From positions 533,425 through 597,424 of the forward strand of contig JBFIJM010000001.1 in the NCBI GenBank assembly GCA_041600715.1: 64,000 nucleotides of DNA, read 5' to 3'. The notes under the pieces were generated by a model. It was not told the DNA's origin and searched no databases. It saw only the letters and a list, made by a program, of their open reading frames with translations. The position numbers and the translations under genes are program-made. Each line of letters opens with the position of its first letter. The first letter of the stretch is position 1. The DNA is from Candidatus Saccharimonadales bacterium (GTDB lineage: Bacteria; Patescibacteriota; Saccharimonadia; Saccharimonadales; 2-12-FULL-41-12). Shown here piece by piece: positions 46,671 through 55,148 of the stretch.

Positions 46671-47312
46671 ATGACTAAAGAGTTTTTTATTGTAGTAGTA
46701 GTTATAGTCCTAGGGCTATTCGGTATCTTCACCTTAACCAAAGACAAAGAAGACACTGGAGGCGGATCGACTAAGAGTGCCGAGCCTTCAAATCACACCG
46801 TTGGAGCTGGTGAGAAGAAAGTTACACTTGTGGAATATGGCGATTTTCAATGTCCCGCATGTAAGAGCTACCACCCTATAGTAAAAGAAATAAAAGACAC
46901 TTACGGAGATGAAATAACCTTTCAGTTCCGTCATTATCCTCTTAATCAAATTCATCCTAATGCCTTTATTGGTAGCCGTGCCGCAGAAGCCGCCGGCAAG
47001 CAAGGCAAGTTCTTTGAAATGCATGATTTGTTGTACGAACAGCAAGAATCGTGGTCTGCTGGGAGCAACCCAACTGCTATCCTAGAGACTTACGCTACTC
47101 AGCTAGGGCTGAACATGGACCAGTTTAGAGCTGATATGGCTAGTGCAGAAACCGCATCCGTTATTAATGCAGACGTTAAGGCCGGTCAGGCTCTGGGGGC
47201 TAACTCTACTCCAACATTTGCTATAAATGGACGCAAAATCGATGAGAATCCGCGAAGTTTTGAAGATTTCAAGAAACTTATAGACGAAGAAATCGCCAAA
47301 GTTAACGAATAA
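46671..47312 (+). CDS. DsbA/thioredoxin-domain protein
   Basis: EYGDFQCPAC, FRHYPL..IH, TPTF.ING. Confidence 0.93.
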   Translation: MTKEFFIVVVVIVLGLFGIFTLTKDKEDTGGGSTKSAEPSNHTVGAGEKKVTLVEYGDFQCPACKSYHPIVKEIKDTYGDEITFQFRHYPLNQIHPNAFIGSRAAEAAGKQGKFFEMHDLLYEQQESWSAGSNPTAILETYATQLGLNMDQFRADMASAETASVINADVKAGQALGANSTPTFAINGRKIDENPRSFEDFKKLIDEEIAKVNE

Positions 47313-47318
47313 TTAACG

Positions 47319-47411
47319 TTAATACTGCAAGTATTGACGCCAAGCTGGCTTAACTACTTTTACTTTAATCACCTCATATCTTGACGATACGACCATAACT
47401 TTTACTGACAT
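47319..47411 (-). CDS. Putative 30-aa small protein
   Basis: MSVKVMVVSSRYEVIKVKVVKPAWRQYLQY*; AAGGTGA/AAGGG upstream. Confidence 0.45.
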   Translation of the reverse strand: MSVKVMVVSSRYEVIKVKVVKPAWRQYLQY

Positions 47412-47532
47412 CCCTTTTACTTCACCTTTTTGTTATGTTTGCTCTTTTTGTTTGATACGTGGTCAATGCACGTTATCGCAGTAAGTCTATTCTACATAAC
47501 GCTAGTGTTTGCGGTCAAGCAAATACTTTGTT

Positions 47533-48000
47533 TTACTTAACTTTTTTATGAAGAAGTTCGTTGATTCTGCTGGCAGACAATCTACCTTTTCTGCGATCAT
47601 GCTCGGCTTGTATAGAAACGTGAAGCTTTTTCATTACTGGGCTATTGTTCTGCTTTTCACGAATATCGTGAAACTCTCTATCTAACTCTGTTAGCTCTTC
47701 GTCGCTTAAATCTTCTAGGTCAACAAATGCGTTACGCGCTGTTGTTGAACGAATAAGCTCATCAAGCTTTAGTTGCATCGCTTTACTGTCACGGTTTTGA
47801 GTATTCTGGATCAAAAAAACCATTAGAAACGTCACTATGGTTGTACCCGTATTTATGACCAGTTGCCATGTGTCAGAGAAGTTAAACAAAGGTCCAGTGG
47901 ATGCCCAAACGCCTACAACAACAAACGCGCCCAAGAATACAACTGCACTTCCAGCGATGGATGAAGTACGAGTTGCGAATTTTCTAAAGAGTTGTTGCAT
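47533..48000 (-). CDS. Low-affinity iron permease (Fet4-like) family protein
   Basis: GP.F.FSDTWQLVINTGTTIVTFLMVFLIQNTQNRD..A.QLKLDELI. Confidence 0.92.
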   Translation of the reverse strand: MQQLFRKFATRTSSIAGSAVVFLGAFVVVGVWASTGPLFNFSDTWQLVINTGTTIVTFLMVFLIQNTQNRDSKAMQLKLDELIRSTTARNAFVDLEDLSDEELTELDREFHDIREKQNNSPVMKKLHVSIQAEHDRRKGRLSASRINELLHKKVK

Positions 48001-48078
48001 GTTTTTGCTTAAGCTTATTGTTACGTTACACTGTAATAGTAAGAGTTAGTATACGCTTCAACTCACAAACATTCAAAA

Positions 48079-49773
48079 ATGCACGATTCAATATTCAGCG
48101 AACTTAGTTTAGTTATAGTCGTCACCGCGGGGGTGTCATTGCTTATGAAGGCAATAAAACAGCCCCTTATTTTAGGCTATATTCTCGCAGGACTAATTGT
48201 TGGCCCATCGGCACTTAATCTTATTCATTCCAAGGATCTATTTGAGGCATTCTCAGCTCTTGGCATTGCTCTGCTGTTATTTATTATCGGGCTTGGTATG
48301 AACGTTTCCGAGCTACGTAAACTTGGTAGAGTATCGGTTTATGTGGCTACAGCTTCTCTGATAAGCATAACGACGATTGGTTTTACCGCCAGCTCAGCAC
48401 TTGGTTTCAACAAGACTGAGGCCTTCATCATCGGCCTCGCCATGTTCTTTAGTAGTACCATTATTATCATCAAGATTTTGTCTGATAAAAAAGAGCAGAC
48501 CAGACTTCATGGTCAGGTAGCCATAGGTGTTATCTTGGTCGAGGATATTATTGCTACGTTTGCGCTTCTTTTCATAGCTACTGGCCGTGGTGGGGGATTA
48601 GATCTAGAGCAAATTGCGTTATTAATCGGCAAAGGCATTCTACTAGTGGCGCTACTCATCATTTGTAGCACCCGGATTCTTCCTCATGTGTCCAAATACA
48701 TGGCTAGTACTCAGGAGCTACTATTCTTGTCGGCAATCGCCTGGGGCTTCGGTATTGCTACACTATTCGAGCTTGCAGGATTTTCTATAGAAGTTGGGGC
48801 ATTGTTCGCTGGTGTCGCCCTAGCATCATCTCCTTACGTCCAAGAGATCGCCGCCCGTCTACGTCCTCTGCGAGACTTTTTCGTGGTGCTATTCTTCATT
48901 ACCCTCGGAGAGAGCATGAATCTTACCAATGTTTCATCGGCAATTGTCCCCGCCCTCATTTTGTCGGCAATAGTTGTAATTGGAAAGCCGTTCATCATCA
49001 CAACCACTATGGGACTTATGGGCTACACCAAAAGAGTAAGCTTTAAGACTGGCATTAACTTATCGCAAATAAGTGAATTCTCTATTATCTTAGTGGTCTT
49101 AGCCACCAGTGCAGAAATGGTCAGGCCAGAACTCGGTGCCGTAATCACCTTAGTTGCCGTAATAACCATCGCCATTTCTACATATCTAATGAAATACGAC
49201 GATGAGCTGTTTAGTAAGTTTGATAAAATCCGAATACGCGTCTTTGAGAAAGAGGTAGTGTACAAAGAAAAACGCGGTCCTGCTCCATATCAATACGTAT
49301 TGCTCGGATATCATCATGGCGGTCATGAATTTATAAAAACATTCCAATCTATGAAGAAACGGTTCTTAGTAATCGATTACGACCCAGAGGTTATTGATAT
49401 TCTAGAACATCAAAAAGTCGACTTTTTATATGGTGACGCAACCGACCTAGAGTTATTACAGGAGGCCGGTATCGATAAAACAAAGCTTATAGTCTCTACA
49501 ATCGTCGATCACGATGCTAATTTATTTATCATTAGTTCCTTGCAAAAGATAAACCCGTCGGTCGTTACGGTGGTACACGCGGACAATATAGGGCAAGCCA
49601 CAGAGTTATACGACGCCGGCGCCAGCTACGTCATGATCCCCCATCATATTGGTAGTGAAAAAATGAGTGCCTTTATCAAGCGTACTGGTGTTGACCGCGA
49701 CGAATTTTTGAAGCACCGCGAAAAACACATCCATACACTTAAATCACACCTTACCAGCAACGACCATATATAG
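48079..49773 (+). CDS. Cation:proton antiporter (CPA2, Kef-like) with TrkA-N domain
   Basis: QP.ILGYI.AG..GP, LLLFIIGL, SSTII, EDI, SQISEFS; YGDA. Confidence 0.92.
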   Translation: MHDSIFSELSLVIVVTAGVSLLMKAIKQPLILGYILAGLIVGPSALNLIHSKDLFEAFSALGIALLLFIIGLGMNVSELRKLGRVSVYVATASLISITTIGFTASSALGFNKTEAFIIGLAMFFSSTIIIIKILSDKKEQTRLHGQVAIGVILVEDIIATFALLFIATGRGGGLDLEQIALLIGKGILLVALLIICSTRILPHVSKYMASTQELLFLSAIAWGFGIATLFELAGFSIEVGALFAGVALASSPYVQEIAARLRPLRDFFVVLFFITLGESMNLTNVSSAIVPALILSAIVVIGKPFIITTTMGLMGYTKRVSFKTGINLSQISEFSIILVVLATSAEMVRPELGAVITLVAVITIAISTYLMKYDDELFSKFDKIRIRVFEKEVVYKEKRGPAPYQYVLLGYHHGGHEFIKTFQSMKKRFLVIDYDPEVIDILEHQKVDFLYGDATDLELLQEAGIDKTKLIVSTIVDHDANLFIISSLQKINPSVVTVVHADNIGQATELYDAGASYVMIPHHIGSEKMSAFIKRTGVDRDEFLKHREKHIHTLKSHLTSNDHI

Positions 49774-50901
49774 TTAGCACTTGACGCTTGCGCCACAGGT
49801 CTTGCAACAGTCGATCAACTTACCTTTTGGTCGTGTGTTCCTGTGACCTTTAGGACACTCAAAGCTTAAAGGACCATATTGGTCTGTAGGACCAACAGTC
49901 TCTATATCAGTTTTATTACCGTATCCACCAGCAATTAAGCTATCTAGCCCACTACTTCCTCCAATAGAGGCCCCGCATCCGCTAAACACCATACCTTCAG
50001 CTACTGCTTGTCTCCCTGCTAGCTCCAGCTCTATAGCAACAGCCAGGGGAACTGAAGTCCTGGATACTTCGGAGATGTATATGCTTCTGTTTTGATTTTT
50101 CTGCTTAAAGCGATATGTCATTGCTGCCGCTAAGTTAAGCTGGTTATGCTCTGTAGCCTCGCCAAGCAAATATGCCGACAACAAATCTTTCTGCATTCTT
50201 ACAAACCCTAGCGTATTGCGTTTATCGTCAGAGCTTCTACCGGTGTGCCAGTCGCCCCCAAGACGGTCTTGCAGGGACTGATCGTATACTTCAGTTAAAC
50301 GATCTACAAGCTCTTCTTGCTGACCTTGCTGTAACTTTGCATAGATACGTTGCCCGAGGAGCTCGCCTGGACGCGGACTCATACCCATGTAATTATAGAT
50401 TCTTTCTAGTGCCACTCTATCGCTACGATCTAAGCTCTGAGTAATCATAGATATTTCGTTTGTTTCTTCGTTTCTAGTAATAACTCTTAACATGGTTTGT
50501 TTACGCGCTACATTGTACCCACCTACATCAGTCCTCGAATCCATAAGCTCCTCTGGAAAGTCAGAAACCACAATCATAGTATTCATGGCATCGCCCCTCG
50601 CCATGGCTAGCATATCTTGGTATTCACTCATTTCTTCTTTTCGACGACGGAGCTCAAATGCCAAATCTGGTCGCTTATCAGCGATCTCTCCTGCAACTGC
50701 TAGAGCGTCCTCAAAAATCGGAGCGAGTTGGCTACCATCCTCTGCACGCAAATCCTGGCCGTCGTACCAATAGCGCACTTCGCTACGCATAGACCCGTCT
50801 AAAACTTCAGCAAGCCACGTAGAAATATCTTCCCTATTTCTAATTTCAGGATTAAATTGTTCTAGTCTTTGATTTGGAAGCGTTTCGCTCAAAATTTTCA
50901 C
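49774..50901 (-). CDS. Hypothetical protein with C-terminal Zn-ribbon-like motif
   Basis: 375 aa ending CPKGH...CCKTCG...C. Confidence 0.75.
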   Translation of the reverse strand: MKILSETLPNQRLEQFNPEIRNREDISTWLAEVLDGSMRSEVRYWYDGQDLRAEDGSQLAPIFEDALAVAGEIADKRPDLAFELRRRKEEMSEYQDMLAMARGDAMNTMIVVSDFPEELMDSRTDVGGYNVARKQTMLRVITRNEETNEISMITQSLDRSDRVALERIYNYMGMSPRPGELLGQRIYAKLQQGQQEELVDRLTEVYDQSLQDRLGGDWHTGRSSDDKRNTLGFVRMQKDLLSAYLLGEATEHNQLNLAAAMTYRFKQKNQNRSIYISEVSRTSVPLAVAIELELAGRQAVAEGMVFSGCGASIGGSSGLDSLIAGGYGNKTDIETVGPTDQYGPLSFECPKGHRNTRPKGKLIDCCKTCGASVKC

Positions 50902-50910
50902 CCTTTTGGT

Positions 50911-51058
50911 TCTCTAGGAGCTAAGAAGCCCTTACCACATGTCAGGGTGTGCTCTTAGCTCGAGAGACTTACGTATTTGCTGTATCGGACTTCCATCTTT
51001 ATTAATAAAGAAAGTTTACCGTTGCGGCACAGTTCCCGATTTACACGGGATTCCAGCA
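50911..51058 (-). promoter_or_regulatory. Cobalamin riboswitch (class II / AdoCbl-variant-like) with downstream kissing hairpin
   Basis: TGCTG-GAA-TCCCG TGTAAAT CGGGA-ACTGT GCCGCA ACGGT-AA...AAGTCCGATA-CAGCA; the downstream hairpin loop contains TGTGGT, complementary to GCCGCA. Confidence 0.75.
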
Positions 51059-51088
51059 TTGAATTATTAAAGATTGTATCTAGCATAC

Positions 51089-51329
51089 CACGCTAGCAGT
51101 GGTGTACTAGCCGTAAAAAATACACCAGCTGTAGTGTATACAGATCCTATCGATCATTTATCTATCGATAGGATCATCCTTGAAAGGGAGGATCCGAGCA
51201 AAGTGAGCTAAGGAGGGAAAACCTGGGATTCATCGGTTTTCCTTCCTTACACTAAAAAATACACCAGCTGTAGCGTGTTCAAGCAACCATTTCTATCACA
51301 TAATACTCACGATCGTGAGTATTATGTGA
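51089..51329. repeat. Palindrome-rich intergenic element
   Basis: 21-bp direct repeat (51114, 51253), imperfect inverted copy at 51089, hairpins of 12 and 15 bp, and a perfect 34-bp palindrome at 51296-51329. Confidence 0.85.
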
Positions 51330-51369
51330 CTATTGGGAGTTAACAATGCGCTTCCCTGCTACCTATTAC

Positions 51370-52176
51370 TCAGGATATAAGTGCGACTATGATAATAAGC
51401 CCTAAGACAATCCGGTAGTATGCAAAGATTTTAAAATCATGTTTTGAAACATAGCGTAGTAGCCATTTTATTACTACTAGCGCTACAATAAATGCCGAAA
51501 CAGTCCCGGCAATTATTGCCGGTAAACCACCTGAGACACTATCAAATCCGTTTGTACCGTGCGACAACTGATAGGCGCTAGCCAAGACAATTATTGGGAT
51601 GCTTAAGTAAAAAGAAAACGCAGCCGATGTCACTCGATCAAGACCCATAAGTAGCCCGCCCATTATCGTGGCGCCCGATCGTGAAACCCCGGGGATTAAG
51701 GCCAGCATCTGAAACAATCCTATTTTGAGTGCCTGCTTGATCCCTATACCGTCTATATTGGCTTCTCCGCCACGATTACTTGCTGACTTATGGTAGGTCT
51801 CTATAAGTAAAATAATTATCCCACCAATGATGAGAGCTGTTGCCACCGTCAACGAAACAGCGTAAACATTCACTAAATCACGTAACAAAAATCCAGCGAT
51901 ACCACCGGGAATTGTGGCTAGTATCCATATCTTCCAGAAATGCACGTGCTTTTTCTCTCTACGAAACATGCCTAACGTCCGCTCCAACAAATCTCGTCTA
52001 TAGTTCCAGATAACCGCTCCGATAGCCCCAGCCTGGATAACTACTGTAAATATCTTGGCAGTATCTTTATAGCCCATAACCTCTGAGGCAACTATCAGAT
52101 GCCCAGTGCTAGAAATAGGCAAAAACTCAGTAAAACCCTCTACTACGCCCAATAGAATCGCTTGTAATATTTCCAT
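51370..52176 (-). CDS. uppP: Undecaprenyl-diphosphate phosphatase
   Basis: GVVEGFTEFLPISSTGHL, IQ.GA, PGVSRSGATI, FSFYL, YYRI. Confidence 0.96.
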   Translation of the reverse strand: MEILQAILLGVVEGFTEFLPISSTGHLIVASEVMGYKDTAKIFTVVIQAGAIGAVIWNYRRDLLERTLGMFRREKKHVHFWKIWILATIPGGIAGFLLRDLVNVYAVSLTVATALIIGGIIILLIETYHKSASNRGGEANIDGIGIKQALKIGLFQMLALIPGVSRSGATIMGGLLMGLDRVTSAAFSFYLSIPIIVLASAYQLSHGTNGFDSVSGGLPAIIAGTVSAFIVALVVIKWLLRYVSKHDFKIFAYYRIVLGLIIIVALIS

Positions 52177-52200
52177 CTAATAACAATTATAACGCTTGTT

Positions 52201-52665
52201 CTATTCAAATTTCTTTTTTAACTTTGTTAGACGTAGTGCAAATGAACTACTTGCTCCTTCGAGGCCAAGAACCTTTAATGACGCAATTAAAACTTGTAGT
52301 TCCTCTATGGTTGTTGGCAATATCTCTATAGAGTCTTCAGCCTGTTTAAACTTGTAATCAATTTTATCAGTCAGCCACTTTTCATCTGCAGGTTTTATGT
52401 CGTTGGTGTGCAACTTTTCTGGTAGCTCGGGAGCGTTCACCACTTCAAGAGACCGTGCCGAACGACCTTTTTTAATTAGATGTCCTCTGGCTACCAAATT
52501 ATTTACATGTAGTGCAACCGTAGCTACTGAAGTGTAATTACAGCCCCTCATAATTTCACGGTAGCTTGGCCCATAACCATGGGCGATCACGAACTCTTGG
52601 ATATACAACAGTAGTTCTTGTTGCTTCTTTGTAGGCCTGACTTGGGGGGAATTTTCAATTGGCAT
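52201..52665 (-). CDS. LexA-type DNA-binding domain protein lacking the peptidase domain
   Basis: TKKQQELL.YI..F...HGYGPSYREI......SVATV..HV..L...G.L....ARSL; C-terminus unrelated to S24 peptidase. Confidence 0.85.
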   Translation of the reverse strand: MPIENSPQVRPTKKQQELLLYIQEFVIAHGYGPSYREIMRGCNYTSVATVALHVNNLVARGHLIKKGRSARSLEVVNAPELPEKLHTNDIKPADEKWLTDKIDYKFKQAEDSIEILPTTIEELQVLIASLKVLGLEGASSSFALRLTKLKKKFE

Positions 52666-52680
52666 TTTTCAATTCTCAAT
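52650..52680. repeat. Heptamer array over the start codon of the lexA-like gene
   Basis: AATTTTC AATTGGC ATTTTTC AATTCTC AAT. Confidence 0.65.
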
Positions 52681-52714
52681 ATATTAGCGACTGTTTAAAT
52701 TATTGCTCATAAGT

Positions 52715-53179
52715 TTACGCATGGTGTCTGGTCCTTCTTGTTTTTTTATCTTCCATGCCCTTAAAGACATAAACCTTATACCAAAAGTAGTTCCACCCGG
52801 TAAAGAATGCAGAGGCTATAAACTGCCCAAACTCTGGCTGGATTCCTAGCCCGTCTCTTAGACCGAGCAGGATCAAATAGTTTAATAAAAACGCGTTAAG
52901 AGCGGTGTATACAACGTATCTCTTCGCCGCAATTGCTAATTTTGCTGGCTTCTTAGTCTTAAACACCCAATATCGTTCAAGCAAAAAGTTCAAGCTGATA
53001 CCTACAGCATTACCTATGAGATTTGCTAAAAATAACCCAATAATACCGTCAAATGTAACGATAATTATGTAGCCACTCCAAAACCAAACACCTCCGCTTA
53101 CGAAGTATTCAACAAACCGCTGGAGTTCTGATTTGCTACGTTGTCTGATTTTTTTCTTAGATTTTGGTTTTTTGGCCAT
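52715..53179 (-). CDS. GtrA family protein
   Basis: NF.LERYWVF and WNYFWYK.YVF motifs, four TM. Confidence 0.88.
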   Translation of the reverse strand: MAKKPKSKKKIRQRSKSELQRFVEYFVSGGVWFWSGYIIIVTFDGIIGLFLANLIGNAVGISLNFLLERYWVFKTKKPAKLAIAAKRYVVYTALNAFLLNYLILLGLRDGLGIQPEFGQFIASAFFTGWNYFWYKVYVFKGMEDKKTRRTRHHA

Positions 53180-53306
53180 ATACGTACCTATTACTGCCTA
53201 CCAGTATAGCACCTAATCAGTGGTATACTAACGCTAGAATCTATGAACAGAAGCTACTCATTTAGATGCCGATTTTTACTGCTTAGCGGAAGGTATGTGA
53301 TTTCTA

Positions 53307-54731
53307 ATGAAGCATAACGCCACCATAATCTATTCTGTTTTATTAATTATTGGTGATTTCTTGGCGCTAGTAGCAGCCTTTAGCGTTGCCTACATATTGC
53401 GGGTCAAATACGACACTCGCCCCTTACTAGAGCAGATCCCAGCAGAGACATACATTTATGGTTTCTTGGCAGTTTTACCTTTATGGATTCTTGTTCACGG
53501 CTTTATTGGCTTATACAGACACGACACATACGATAATCGCTTTCGTGAGTTTGGGCGCCTTATCATTGGTAGTGCCATCGGTATACTAGTCATTATCGGT
53601 TACGAATTCGTAATAGAAGACGAGCTCTTTCCAGCGCGTCTTGTAGCCGTATACGGATTAGCCCTTAGCTTCAGCTTCCTCGTAATATTTAGGATGTTTG
53701 CCCGTAGTATACGCTCGTTATTCTTTGCATTTGGGTATGGAGTTAATAATGTTTTAATTATCGGAAGTGGGGGTTCTATTGATTCTATAGTAGAGGAGCT
53801 CAGGGACACGCGTCATTCTGGCCATAGAATTGTTGGTATTGTCAGTAATAAAGCGACTGATTTTCGGATGTTTCCAGATTTCGAGACAGCAAAAAACAAA
53901 CTTGGTCCTAGGATAATCCATAGCATTATCCAAACCGAGCTCTATCGGGATACAGAAGAAAACGACGCCATCATGGAATATGCTCAGAAGCATCACATTG
54001 CGTACAGATTTATACCTGGCAATAACGAGTTGTTTGTAGGCAATATAGAGGTAGAGCTATTTCGTGGTACGCCTGTTGTGACAGTACACCAGACACCGCT
54101 TATTGGTTGGGGAAGTATCGTAAAGCGTATATTCGACTTCATTGTCAGCGGTGTTCTTATTATTATTGTCAGTCCTCTTTTATTACTGGTAGCTATATTA
54201 CAGAAGCTTACTAGCCCCAAAGCTCCAGTACTCCTTAAGCAGACCCGACTAACCCAGTTCGATCGTAAATTTACAGTCTATAAGTTCCGTAGTTTTAAGC
54301 CTGAGTTTAACGGCATGAGCCCAGAACAAGCATTCATTAAAATGGGCAAGCCCGAGGTTGCTCAAGCCTATCGCCAAAGAGGAGATCAGATCCCAAATGA
54401 TCCGCGCATTACTCGTATGGGTCGAATTTTGCGCGTCACAAGCCTTGATGAGCTCCCGCAACTATTCAATGTCTTAAAGGGCGATATTAGTTTGGTGGGC
54501 CCTCGTGCACTCGTCCCCGAGGAGCTAAATAACTATCAACAAAAACACCATATTATGAGTATAAAATCCGGCATTACTGGTTTGGCTCAGGTCTCAGGAC
54601 GGCGCGATATTAGCTTCGATGAAAGACGTAAATTAGACCTATACTACGTTCAGAACTGGAGCTTCTGGCTCGACATCACGATCTTGCTCAAAACGCTCCG
54701 TGCAGTCATCAACGGCATCGGCGCCAAGTAA
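53307..54731 (+). CDS. Polyprenyl glycosylphosphotransferase (WcaJ/CpsE-like priming sugar transferase)
   Basis: [44 protein letters not shown]. Confidence 0.95.
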   Translation: MKHNATIIYSVLLIIGDFLALVAAFSVAYILRVKYDTRPLLEQIPAETYIYGFLAVLPLWILVHGFIGLYRHDTYDNRFREFGRLIIGSAIGILVIIGYEFVIEDELFPARLVAVYGLALSFSFLVIFRMFARSIRSLFFAFGYGVNNVLIIGSGGSIDSIVEELRDTRHSGHRIVGIVSNKATDFRMFPDFETAKNKLGPRIIHSIIQTELYRDTEENDAIMEYAQKHHIAYRFIPGNNELFVGNIEVELFRGTPVVTVHQTPLIGWGSIVKRIFDFIVSGVLIIIVSPLLLLVAILQKLTSPKAPVLLKQTRLTQFDRKFTVYKFRSFKPEFNGMSPEQAFIKMGKPEVAQAYRQRGDQIPNDPRITRMGRILRVTSLDELPQLFNVLKGDISLVGPRALVPEELNNYQQKHHIMSIKSGITGLAQVSGRRDISFDERRKLDLYYVQNWSFWLDITILLKTLRAVINGIGAK

Positions 54732-54732
54732 G

Positions 54733-54760
54733 CAATTTTCATTTAACATTTATCAATAAA
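54733..54760 (+). repeat. Heptamer array upstream of the four-helix-bundle gene
   Basis: CAATTTT CATTTAA CATTTAT CAATAAA. Confidence 0.7.
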
Positions 54761-54765
54761 CTTTT

Positions 54766-55125
54766 ATGGAAAATAAGTCCCAGCAACTAGAAGAAAGAAC
54801 AGTTCAATTCAGTGTATTAGTTATATCCACTCTTGGAAGATATTCTAATCATCCAGAGCTGAGACCGCTGATAGATCAAGTCATCCGTTCAGCAACGAGC
54901 ATTGGTGCAAATTACCATGAGGCAAACAATGCTAGTTCAAGAGCTGACTTTAGAAACAAAATATTTATCTCGAAGAAAGAAACCGCAGAAACTGAGTATT
55001 GGATAAAGGTCCTGTCTAGACTTCTACCAAAAGAAGATTTTACAACTTTAGCTGACGAATCTCGACAACTATTGTTGATATTTCAGAAAATTGTGACCAC
55101 AATGAAAGACAGTAATGACAAATGA
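54766..55125 (+). CDS. Four helix bundle protein (23S rRNA intervening-sequence protein / Avd-like family)
   Basis: LEERT..F, Q..RSATSIGANY.EA..A.S..DF..K..I..KE..ET.YW. Confidence 0.9.
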   Translation: MENKSQQLEERTVQFSVLVISTLGRYSNHPELRPLIDQVIRSATSIGANYHEANNASSRADFRNKIFISKKETAETEYWIKVLSRLLPKEDFTTLADESRQLLLIFQKIVTTMKDSNDK

Positions 55126-55148
55126 AAAACGTAAAATGAAAAATGAGC
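55114..55148 (+). repeat. Heptamer array at the end of the four-helix-bundle gene, complementary to the upstream array
   Basis: AATGACA AATGAAA AACGTAA AATGAAA AATGAGC. Confidence 0.8.

Noticed and set aside
51114-51273. Possible CRISPR array from the 21-bp direct repeats
   Set aside because: Only two copies, 118-nt structured spacer, no cas genes in the window
53243-53317. 24-codon uORF overlapping the sugar transferase start
   Set aside because: No distinctive composition or structure; could be chance
54766-55125. Diversity-generating retroelement suggested by the Avd-like protein
   Set aside because: No reverse transcriptase and no TR/VR pair with adenine-specific mismatches seen in the window
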